A stretch of DNA of 64,000 nt from Penicillus capitatus (taxonomy: Eukaryota; Plantae; Chlorophyta). Shown here piece by piece: positions 13,801-23,704 of the stretch. Location of the stretch: positions 248,001 to 312,000 of the forward strand of contig OZ287709.1 in assembly GCA_965649825.1 (NCBI GenBank). Direction: 5' to 3'. Position 1 is the first letter of the stretch, and each line of letters starts with the position of its first letter. Both the position numbers and the translations under genes were made by a program. Below the pieces are notes generated by a model. It was not told where the DNA came from and searched no databases. It was given only the letters and a program-made list of their open reading frames with translations.

Positions 13801-14839
13801 GGTCCAGAACAGTCGAATGAACAGGTAAAGAGTGAGAAGTGTGAGAATGTATGAGCGTTGTTGTGGGTTTAGGCGTTCGAGACGATAAAGCCTGTCACAT
13901 CACGTTGTGTTGAGGGATACAATGTGAGCGTTGTGGGCCACGGTATGGTCGGAAGCGGCAAATCCTTTACGATGTTTGGCGTCCCTGGCAACGATGGCGT
14001 CATTACCCGTGCCATCGACGATGTTTTCGCTACTGCTAAGAAACGCTCAAAGAAATGGGACTTTGTTCTCAAAGCGTCTATTCTTGAGCTGTATGGAGAT
14101 GAGCTAACAGATCTGCTCAATCCTGGCGCGAAGAAACTGTCGGTGCGTCGAGATGTCAAAGGCCTGGTGCATGTGGTGAATGCCTCGTTTACTGTCCTCT
14201 CCTCCACCGATCTGCTCAAAGAGTGTATCACCAAGGCATTCAAGAAGCGAGATGAGTTGGGACACGATGCTTCCGATTCGAATCTGTTCGTCACGGTGAC
14301 GGTGGAATGCAGCAACAAAGAGACGGGTGTGATCAACAACGGTCGTCTGGTGTTTTCGGATCTGGTCGGATGCAATAAGGGCAATGCGAGTATGGATGCC
14401 CTTGAGAATGTCATCAAGGCATTGGAGGCAGAACAGCAAGAGATTCCTTACACGGCAAGCGGTCTCACAAGACTCTTTAACGATTGTCTGGGTGGCAATT
14501 CCAAGACCCTCGTCCTGGTCCACGTCAAAGCGGATGCCGATCTGTGGGAAGAGACGAAAAAGGTAAGGCGCATATCTATCGAACCATCCATCGTATGGAA
14601 ATCGATGCCTGTGTGGCTGGCTGCCGTTCTAGACGATGGAATTGGGGTTGGCGATTCGCAAAGTGAAGAACGATATCGAGAAGCACGAGATCAACAAAGA
14701 TATCCTGAAGCTGAAGAGACAGCTCGATGCTCTGAAAGAGCGTGCTGGGATACCGAAGGAACTGTTGGATGCAGTGGACATGGTGGAGATCACAGATCAA
14801 AAAGCAGCGCCGTCAGATACTGCCCAGGCCGCCAGTTAA
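10830..14839 (+). CDS. KCBP: Kinesin-like calmodulin-binding protein (MyTH4-FERM-coiled coil-kinesin-14) with degenerate motor
   Basis: DPIPTSLLKL and DELYMQLIKQTRGNP (MyTH4); LPYGNSIFFPVKKMEDPIGLLP...HIFQFETRQGEDICLALQTHINDIMM (FERM); long coiled coil; C-terminal motor with GMVGSGKS and LGGNSKT; CaM-helix-like LKLKRQLDALKERAG. First-exon assignment is tentative. Confidence 0.92.
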
Positions 14840-15067
14840 ATCTCCCTCTTCTTGTAATCTCTTCTGTGCATGTATGTATGCACGAACACACCCGTGTTGT
14901 GATCCCTTGTCAAAATCAATCCCGTTTGATGATGGATAACGTGGTGGTCGACCTGCTGAACGGCATCATCATCATGGACAACTTCAATGACCCAGTCCGT
15001 CATTCTGTTAGAGTGTCATGATTTCGTTAAGTCTCCCGGCCACGCGTACGACACATCATGAGTGTGT

Positions 15068-16732
15068 TTACATTCCGTTCGATTGGATGGGATTGGTTTT
15101 TGAGTGCGATGACAGGGAATAATCATCCGAACGGGTGATATCGCTTTCATGAGTCGCCTGACGCGTCGTGCCGTTAAATAAACTCTTGAGCGTCGCCGTC
15201 AGTCCACCCGTCGATCGATTTCTCTTTGCAGAATGATCGTGATCAACAGACATGGCAGTGGATGTCGCCAGATGACTGTCTTCTGAAGAGTATCGTGCTG
15301 TGCTTTCGACCACAGGCATGGCGGCGGATCGAGTGGCAGGACTCTCAAATGTACCGGCCGCTTTGTGCGGGACACGGTTAACGGAATGCAGCGTTTCCAT
15401 ATCGTCTCGCACCGTCTCTGAGGCTTTGGAAGGAGAGGCAACATCGCCGCCGCCACTGCCTTGGACATCCCGAGAAGACGATTTCTCGTAGAACAGAATG
15501 TAACCACGATCCGTGATCTTGGAGAACTGCGCCGGCGATCCGAAGGTCCGTTCCACCCAGGCATCGGGAATCGCCTCGACGTGATCATCGTCAAACAGCA
15601 GCCAATGTCCATGACTCTTCACCAACGACACATAATGACCTAAATGCAAATCATTAAACGCATTTAATGAGTACGGATCTTCTCACCATGATTCAGACTG
15701 CTGCCGGAATGGACGACGACAGCAAAGAGATTGTAGACGTCATCGGAGGACGGTGCATCGTCTGTTGTGTTACAGAGTTTCAGTTCCATGGGGAAGACGA
15801 CGCGATACATCAGTTTTCGCATCCTCTCATCGAAACGCATGAGGTGACAGATGAGAATCTGCGGTAGCTGTTTGATCTTATTCTGCCTGTAAGCCTCCTG
15901 ATGACACTGACAGACTTCACAAAAGTATTTATCTCTCTTGTCCAACACAGCTTTGGCACTAGAACAGCGTCGCAAGAGTGAGAATGATGTGACAGGCGGC
16001 GGAATGAAAAGACAGAAGTGTGACCTCGACTGACCTGTATCGCTTCAGACAGCTGGTCAAGGAACAGTTGTGCTCGATGGCCAGCTGCAAATCCATGAAG
16101 ACCTCTTCTCGACTCGTCACGGTTTCGCAGCACAGACACTTCGTCTCGTGGACCAATTTGCCTTCGAAGATTTCTTGAACCCATGTCGGTCGAGGCGGTC
16201 CAGACGAAGAGGCACTCGGCTGCTTTTGTTTCTGCTCCTTCTCCAGAATATCGGATATCCGCAGAAAGAGATGATTGAGAAATTCGTGGGCGTCCTGTGC
16301 AAGACAGAGACAGATGTGTATGGGCTGCCTCGAGGGACATGGAATGGACAGACCTGATGCATGAAGCCACAGAACTGATCGTTATCTCTCTTTAATCTCT
16401 GTACGAATTTCTTGGGCGATATCACTCCAGATTTTTTGCGATGTGAGTGAATCTAGCGATGGGACACACATATCGTTTGGCCGTTGGATGTGGATGTAAT
16501 CCCACACCTGTACAAAGAGATCTGCCAGACAGGTGTAGATCGTTTCTTCTGCCTCTCTGTCCATCGACTCGGCAAAAGCGAGGACCCCTTCGCGAAACGG
16601 CGTGCAGAAGTAGAGCGCTTGGAGCACGGAATTGCAGTAACAGGTGTTTCCAAAGTTCTCGAGTCCGAAGTAGCGTTCCTCATCGGGGAGAGATGTGAGA
16701 CTTTGGCCCAGTCGACTGGAAGTCATGCCCAT
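15068..16732 (-). CDS. Ubiquitin carboxyl-terminal hydrolase, USP12/46 (UBP3/4) type
   Basis: MG start, [21 protein letters not shown] Cys box, CETVTSREE and FCEVC zinc ribbon, [18 protein letters not shown] His box, and a Ser/Thr-rich C-terminal extension. Confidence 0.93.
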
Positions 16733-17047
16733 GGTCGAAAAGAAACAGGGGAAGCAGTACTTCGCCAGACGCGCGCCACTCGACTGAGAACTGTTCTTTG
16801 AGGTGGTAGGTGTAGTGTTGGAATATCTCTTTCGAGATATGGGTGCTTCTAAGTTTATTACGACTGGACGGCGGCCACGACGTCGGTCGCGTGTACGTCT
16901 CTGCGAGTGGCTCTTCTTTGAGTCGACCACGACACAAACGTTTTCTGAACTGTCGCTGGTATTCGTTGAAAAACGTCTCTCTCGAAATTCCGCAATATTG
17001 GCCGTGGTGAAGTGGGTTTAACAGTCGTGTCGCATCGCCCTTCGAGA

Positions 17048-18445
17048 ATGCAGCGGACGCGACGGCCAGGGATGTATGATTTGATTGTGGTCGGAGCTGG
17101 ACTCCATGCACTCACCCTACTCTGTGCTCTCTACGAAGAGCGACCCATGCATACAAACCTTATCGATGCCGCCGGAGGCGTCACGCGCAGCAAACAGAGT
17201 GAGAGGACAATGAGAGCTGAGCTTAAGAGACGGCGAAGAGGGAGAAGGGATGAGAGAGAGGAGAGGGTGTTCGTGGTGGATCGATGGGGTCGATGGTTAG
17301 AGAACTGGAAGCGACAGTTCGACGTGCTCGGCATCGACGCCCTGCGTTCCAACGCTTCGTTGCATCCGGACGCTTTTGATCCAGAGATGCTCTTCGAGTA
17401 TGCTCGTATGCAAGGATATTCGATGGGACAGGCGTTTGAAGAGATCACTCATGTGCCAAGAGGGAAACAGTTCGTCGGTCCATTCCAGGTGCCGAAAACG
17501 GCATTCTTCAATGCGTTCTGTGAATCGCTCATCGAGAGCTTCGGTCTGCGAGACATCGTGCAGCAGGGTGATGTGACATCTCTAGAGGGTGTCACATCAG
17601 AAGGCGGCGCGTGTAAGAAAGGTGTGAGAGTGTGGATGAAGGATGGGACGTCAGTGATGGGACGTCGAGTGGTCGTCTCCATCGGACACTCAAATCGTTC
17701 CAATGTGCCAGACTGGGTCGATCGTGACCTCCGCCTTCCAGCTCAGACACTCGTCCACGTATGGGACTTGGTACATCAAGATCTATCACACTTAGATCTA
17801 AAGAGTGAGAGAGTGGCTGTGGTGGGCGGTGGACTGACAGCAGTGCAGCTGATGCAACTGGCCATGCGTTGCGGCTGTCGTCGTGTGTATCTCATCAGCC
17901 GACGGCCACTAACCGTCCGTCCTTTCGACAGCGACCTGACCTGGAGTGGCCGACTGCGCCATGCAAAGCTTCAGAAGTTCTGGAGTGAAGAAGACATGGA
18001 GAAACGCATGGATCTGATCCGAGAGGCTCGAAGGGGAGGGACCGTCACATCATCTGCCTACAGAACCCTGACGGAAAGGATGGCAGATGAGACGTGTACG
18101 CTCCTAGAGGGTATCGAGATCTGGGATGCGGAATGGAGGGGGTCATCGTTCCACGTGGAGCTCTCCAACCACGAATCTGTTGAGGTCGAGCGCATCTGGT
18201 TGGCAACTGGAAGCGCCATCGATGTGACGCAGGAGCCTCTCTTTGCCAGAATCCTGCAAGATTACCCTGTCCGCGTGTGTCATGGGTATCCGGTGCTGGA
18301 TGCTGATCTCAGATGGCATCCAGATCTGGATGTGTATTTCATGGGAGCCTATGCCAGTCTTGCCCTCGGGCCAGATGGCGTCAATCTTGCCGGGGCGCGA
18401 CGTGGCGCCTTTCGTCTGAGAAAAGAGTTCAGCGACAGGCCCTGA
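17048..18445 (+). CDS. FAD/NAD(P)-binding oxidoreductase (N-hydroxylating monooxygenase-like fold), intronless
   Basis: DLIVVGAGLH (FAD GxG motif), VAVVGGGLTA (NAD(P)H motif), IWLATG and LALGPDGVNLAGAR. The start could be 17048 or 17072. Confidence 0.8.
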   Translation: MQRTRRPGMYDLIVVGAGLHALTLLCALYEERPMHTNLIDAAGGVTRSKQSERTMRAELKRRRRGRRDEREERVFVVDRWGRWLENWKRQFDVLGIDALRSNASLHPDAFDPEMLFEYARMQGYSMGQAFEEITHVPRGKQFVGPFQVPKTAFFNAFCESLIESFGLRDIVQQGDVTSLEGVTSEGGACKKGVRVWMKDGTSVMGRRVVVSIGHSNRSNVPDWVDRDLRLPAQTLVHVWDLVHQDLSHLDLKSERVAVVGGGLTAVQLMQLAMRCGCRRVYLISRRPLTVRPFDSDLTWSGRLRHAKLQKFWSEEDMEKRMDLIREARRGGTVTSSAYRTLTERMADETCTLLEGIEIWDAEWRGSSFHVELSNHESVEVERIWLATGSAIDVTQEPLFARILQDYPVRVCHGYPVLDADLRWHPDLDVYFMGAYASLALGPDGVNLAGARRGAFRLRKEFSDRP

Positions 18446-19695
18446 TGTCTTCTATCTTAATAATGGGGCTTTATATGAGGCAACCCCTTTGCGTCCGAAT
18501 CAACACTTGCACGTTTCGCGCATAGCGTCGTCGGTGCCACCATGATGTCGACAACGTTGCCGAAGGGGCATGAGTAGATGCCCTCTTCGCCCTAAGCGCC
18601 ATGATACATCAGCCGATGCACCGGCGCCATATTTCCTCTCCCCTTCCGTCTGCACAATGCCCATCGCTGTCACCATGTATATCAGAGATCGCAGGCGTGA
18701 GTGTGACGGCAAGGACGTTGCTCATCGAAACGAAGCCTTCAAAAGAGATTTCTCAAAGGTACCCCCACAAAGAAAGCTTATCGGACTTGACATCGCGGAG
18801 GACAACATTCTTGGAACGGCATTGTGCGACGGCTCTCAGGATATCTTTGACGATTTGTGCCGCATCTACACACCACGCACTCCACAATCATCTCGTCATC
18901 GACGGTTACCTTGTTTAGGAGAGCTCTGTTTGATTCGACCCAAGAATGATACACTTGTGTAGCGCTCCATCACCAAATGGACGCGTTGCTCTGTCTCGTA
19001 GGCGCCATAGAGGTAGGCAATGTTGAGAGATGGGCCCAGTTTTGTCAAAGTATCCACTTGGTGATCTACACGTCATGCAAAGGGCCCCGTCGTAAACGTC
19101 CACAAGAGTTCCTTCTGCATGGATCTCACTGCAAAACCAAACTGAAAATACCGTTGTCGATCCACACGGGCAGAACTGCATCACCTCTCGCCCGTGGGCC
19201 GATGTGTGGCTTCATGAACAGAAGATAAACTGCCATAGTCCAATAGCGCTCTCATCTCACACTCGAAAGCTCTCCAAGAATCTGACTCAGCATGTGTGCC
19301 CCGAGATTAGCAATCGGTGACTGACGCTTCGCAGTGATGTTACCAAAACTGCGATGCGTTCGCGATGGAGTGCGGTGTCGTTGAGTGGCAGCGCGACCAC
19401 ATAACATGGGCACAGTCTTCAACATGCACCATTCATTGGGCATGCAACGTATAGAGAAGATAGACGTGCTGTCAAATCAAGCTCGCGACTTCATGTTGAA
19501 TCATCGGCGGAGAGTTGTTAGATTCCTCGCTGTGTGTTTGTCTGGATGGCTGTCCTGTTCCGGAACGCAGCATGGACTCAGATACTTAAGGAACCTTTTG
19601 CTATGAACTTTGCTTAGTGTAACAAGTTTAGCTGATAGCATAGCAGTCGCGACCAACAAAACTCGTTATTTTACGAATCGACGACGCATCGCAAT

Positions 19696-21055
19696 ATGCC
19701 GACCGACGAGAAGGATGAGTCGACCGAGGAGCAGCCGGCCGACGAGGAGGATGAGTTGGCTGAAGAGCAGCCAAGCCGCAGGGAGAGGGTGAGGGTTCCG
19801 TATGGATACTGAACATCGAGTGAGATGCTTAATATTCTTTAGCTGGTCGGTAGCATTGGCAAAACAACGACAGATGCTGTCAAAGGAATCTCGTCTACTG
19901 CCAGTTATTTCGGCGGCGCAATGCTGAAGGGAGCCGACAGATTCATAAGGCGAAACAAAGCTCGCGAAGAGCCAAAAACCGTCGACGATAAGACGAAGAA
20001 ACGGTCGATCATCAACATCTCAAAACCACTCTTCTCGGCACTTGCTTTACCGGCCTTGGAGGAGGACGAACCGACCGAAAAGCAGTCAGCCACCGAAGAG
20101 GATGAGCTGTGCGAGGAGAAGTCGACCCCCGTAGAGGATGAGCTGCCAGATGAGCTGGCCAGCGAGGAGGATGAGCCGACTGAGGAGCAGCCGACCCGCA
20201 CGGATAGGGTGAGATTTCTGCATCGATGTGACCATCGAATGAGATGCTGAGATTCTCTTTCAGCTGGTCGAAGGCATCGAAAAGGCAACGACAGGTGCCG
20301 TCAAAAGAATCTCGACGACTGCCAATTACGTCGGTGACGCAATGATGAGAGGAGCAGAGCGATTCAAGAGGCAAAGCCAAGCATGCGAAGAGCCAAAACC
20401 CATCAGCGAAGGCGCCAAGAGACGGTCGATCATCAACATTTCAGAACGACTGTGTTCGACACGCACTTTGTGGCTGTTCAGTGTGCAGAGGTTAAAGGAA
20501 ACGACAAAGATGGCTTCAGAATTGACGACCCGAGCAGTCAAAACGGTCTCAGTAGTTAGCGCCGCCTCCAGTGTAGCCGTCGACGCTGTCTCTGTCGTTG
20601 CATCCAAGGCAGCAGACACCATCGTCATCGAAGGCATGTCTGATGCATTGCTCAACTCCGAATGCGCAAGTGATTTGGGCAATGCAATGGCTGACATGGC
20701 ACAAAAGAAAAGGAGCGGAGTGACGCGTGTGGCCGCAGCCGTCTACACTTCGGTAGCTAAGATTTCCGAGGGAGTGACAGAGGCAGCAAATACAGTTTCC
20801 AAGAAAACGGCGGATGCAGCCGAAGAAGTCATCACACACAAGTCGCTTCAGTTCAAAAATACTTGAGCGTCACCGAATCCTGTTCCCACTCTTAGGTATG
20901 GCACCGAGGCGTTTCAGGTGGCCAAGGATTGCGTGGAAGCTGTGGGTCATACGACCAACGTCGTCGTCAAAACTTCGACGCTTGGCATGTAAGCCATTGT
21001 GAAACCGAGGTCATTAAAATTGCCATTGGGGGCAAATGATCAAGCCAAAGAATAG
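19696..21055 (+). pseudogene. Senescence/spartin-associated domain gene (ERD7-like) with internal duplication and a late in-frame TAA
   Basis: VITHKYGTEAFQVAKDCVEAVGH matches the senescence-domain C-terminal HKYG motif. The acidic exon, intron and next exon are duplicated. TAA at 20990-20992 interrupts LGM*AIVK. Confidence 0.6.
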
Positions 21056-21215
21056 CAAATTGTGTGACAAATTTGCTATTCTTTAACTAGCGAAAACTGG
21101 AAGGCAGTCTTGTACAGAATCGCTTGAGGTTCAGAGGGCATCGTCATATACGCGCAGACGTCTCTTCGTGTAGAGCTGCGAAGGGAACCATTCTCTCGTC
21201 GAAGATGCGTGACAA

Positions 21216-21836
21216 CTACGCTGTGCTCTTGTCGTTGAGCTCGTCGCATCTTTCGGCGATGTGTTCGAATGCTCGGACAGGATCTGGTGCTTGCCACACA
21301 GCGCCCAAGACGGCAACCTTCGCGAATCCGATCTCGGCCACTTCGGCGAGATTCTGGACAGTGATGCCTCCCAGAGCACACAGTTCGAAAGGAACCGCTG
21401 ACGTCAATCTCTGTAACTCTGCTCTGTCAAAGCCGGCGCTCCGGTAGCCGGCCTTCGAAATACTGTCGAACAGAGGGCTGAGGAAGGCGTAGTCGAGCTC
21501 GCTGCCATAGAGTTGGCTCGCTTCTTGCACGCGTGCGATCGAATGGAAGGACGTCGACTGCAGACATCCCCGCAACACCGGCAGCCTTTGTGGGCGCATC
21601 CTCTCCGTGTAATGCACACCCTTGAGGGAAAAGTCGTGGACGAGGTCGTGGTGTGCGTGGATCATGATCCGACGATGGAAACGTGAGGGAACATCCGCCA
21701 GGTAGCGCCTGTACACTTCTCGCCCCATTCCTGGCTTCCGCAAGTGAAGCGTCTCGAGGCCGCGATCGAACATCTCGCAGAGACGCTCGCACTCGCGCGC
21801 CGCGTTTTCGGGCGGGGAAAGCAGAACGAGTTGCAT
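21216..21836 (-). CDS. Thiamine phosphate synthase/TenI-like protein (Bacteroidota-type), intronless
   Basis: GLETLHLRKP, RIMIHAHHDL, LKGVHY, STSFHS, DYAFLSPLFDSISKAGY and ALGGIT motifs. Confidence 0.85.
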   Translation of the reverse strand: MQLVLLSPPENAARECERLCEMFDRGLETLHLRKPGMGREVYRRYLADVPSRFHRRIMIHAHHDLVHDFSLKGVHYTERMRPQRLPVLRGCLQSTSFHSIARVQEASQLYGSELDYAFLSPLFDSISKAGYRSAGFDRAELQRLTSAVPFELCALGGITVQNLAEVAEIGFAKVAVLGAVWQAPDPVRAFEHIAERCDELNDKSTA

Positions 21837-21860
21837 GGAAGGCGAGAGACAAACGTCACA

Positions 21861-23641
21861 TCATGCGGCAGGCGACGACCGAGCCTTCTCGAATCCCCTC
21901 TTGGCCAACAGAGCCACGCCGTACGAAGCCTCTCCTGCACCAGGGGGAACAAGACTCGAGTGCGTGGACACGGACCGAGAGACAGACCGAAGGGAGCGGC
22001 TTCGACAGGCACGCCCAGAGATCGCCTGCGCATCTCCGTCCACTTCAGATTCGCCGCTCCGCCTCCGGCCGTCCACACCCGTCTGACCGCCCCTGCCCCG
22101 AGCGTCTGCAGCCGACGATAGCACTCAGCTTCGATGGACGCCATTCCTTCCAGCATGCCTGCACCGATGTCGATCAGCGCAGCACCCACTCGATGACCTG
22201 CCTGCCTTGGAGAAAGAGAGCGTCGTCTGCCGGGCGTGGTTCGAGACGCGGTTGGTACAGCGGATCGTTGAACGGGAATCTCTCTCCTGGCGACGCGAGC
22301 GGATAGTAGTTCAACTGCGACGGCGCTTCGTGCTGCATCCTGTCGGTGAGTGTGCGGATCTCCTCGTCCGTAAAGTACTGCCTCAGCACAGCCCCTCCCG
22401 TGTTCGACGCTCCGCCCACCAGCCACATGTCGCCCAGTCGATGCGAGTAGACGCCGTGCTCGACGGCATCAACGCGTTTGCTGCTCAGCATCTTGATGGC
22501 GAGCGTCGATCCCAGGCTGGTGACAGCCTCTCCCTCTTCCTGCGCGCCGGATGCCAGAAATGCGGCGATGCTGTCCGTGGTTCCGGCGCAGACGACACAG
22601 TCGGTGTGCAGACAGTACTTCTGCCGAACCGCGTCCCGAACGCGTCCCGCGACCGTGCCCGGTGGCACGATCGCCGAAGGCAGAAGCGGAAAGAACTCCT
22701 AGCTCCGCAGGAGAATGCGTCAGAAGGAGAAGTCGTTGCAAAACGGTGTGCGACCTGAGACTGAAGCCAGGACGGGTATGCCGCTGTCTCCGGATCGTAT
22801 CCCAGTTTCAACGCGTTGGTGTCGTCCGACTGGCGGCAGTTTCCTGCTCGAAACCCGTCGTCGAAACCGGCAAGGCGCGCAGAGGGAGAGAGACACCGTG
22901 CATGAGATAGGACAGCCAGTCTGCTTGATGCATCACTCTGGGACGCCTTCCCCGTTCTCGATGCCGCTGCCAGGTGTTGTCCAGGTGCCACTGGAGCACC
23001 TTGCACAGCGTCGAGGTGGAGGCCCTTCCCGGATGGCGCTCTGGTGCAATGGCCTGTCTCGAATGCGGGACCAGTTCAAGTCAACACGCGTCGACTTGTC
23101 CGGTACCCTGGCGCGGTCGACCGCCGCTGAGCTCTGTGATGCGTTGTACCATTGAGGCGGCTCCAGAGACTCTCCTGTCCCCTCGTCGACAAGCATGGTG
23201 GTAGAGGATGTCCCGTCAAAGGCCAACGACACAATCCGCGTCGTCAGCTCTTCCGGTATGCGTCCGAACAGCTCATCCAATGCCCTGCAGTCAATTTCGC
23301 GCACGCGACATGCACTATCCTGGTCGCGGAATCGCGCATACCGCTGCCATGCAACATCCCACTCTTCCTCCGGTCGACGGTCGTACGGCACTCTCCCTTC
23401 GTGCAAGGCAGACGAACTCCCTGAGTCGCAGGCTCTTCACATCAACAGTCCGTCGACGATCGGACAGGTTCTTGCCGTCGATCACCGTCGCCCTCGCTCC
23501 GGACGTGCCGAAATCGATTCCCAGGTAGACCGGTCCTTCGACGTACGCCGCCATCGCGTCTCCCATCCGCGGGACGCGTGCAGGGCCTCTCCTCCTCGTC
23601 GAACTCTGGGGAAAGGCACGCGGCTGCAGGAGGATCGCCAT
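21861..23641 (-). CDS. FGGY carbohydrate kinase, XK-1/D-ribulose kinase type, with transit-peptide-like N-terminus
   Basis: YLGIDFGTSGAR, AFDGTSST, QADWL, AGTTDSIAAFLASG, VTSLGSTLAIK, GGASNTGGAVL, AGGGAAN and EASYGVALL. The start (23641) is tentative. Confidence 0.9.
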
Positions 23642-23704
23642 CCGCCAGATGAGCAGAACAATAATCGCCTCATTCCCGTCGAGATTTCCCTGCGGCACTT
23701 TTCC

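Noticed and set aside
18700-19600. YqgF/RuvX-like remnant (KLIGLDIAEDNILGTALCD)
   Set aside because: One motif-like stretch only; downstream frames could not be joined convincingly.
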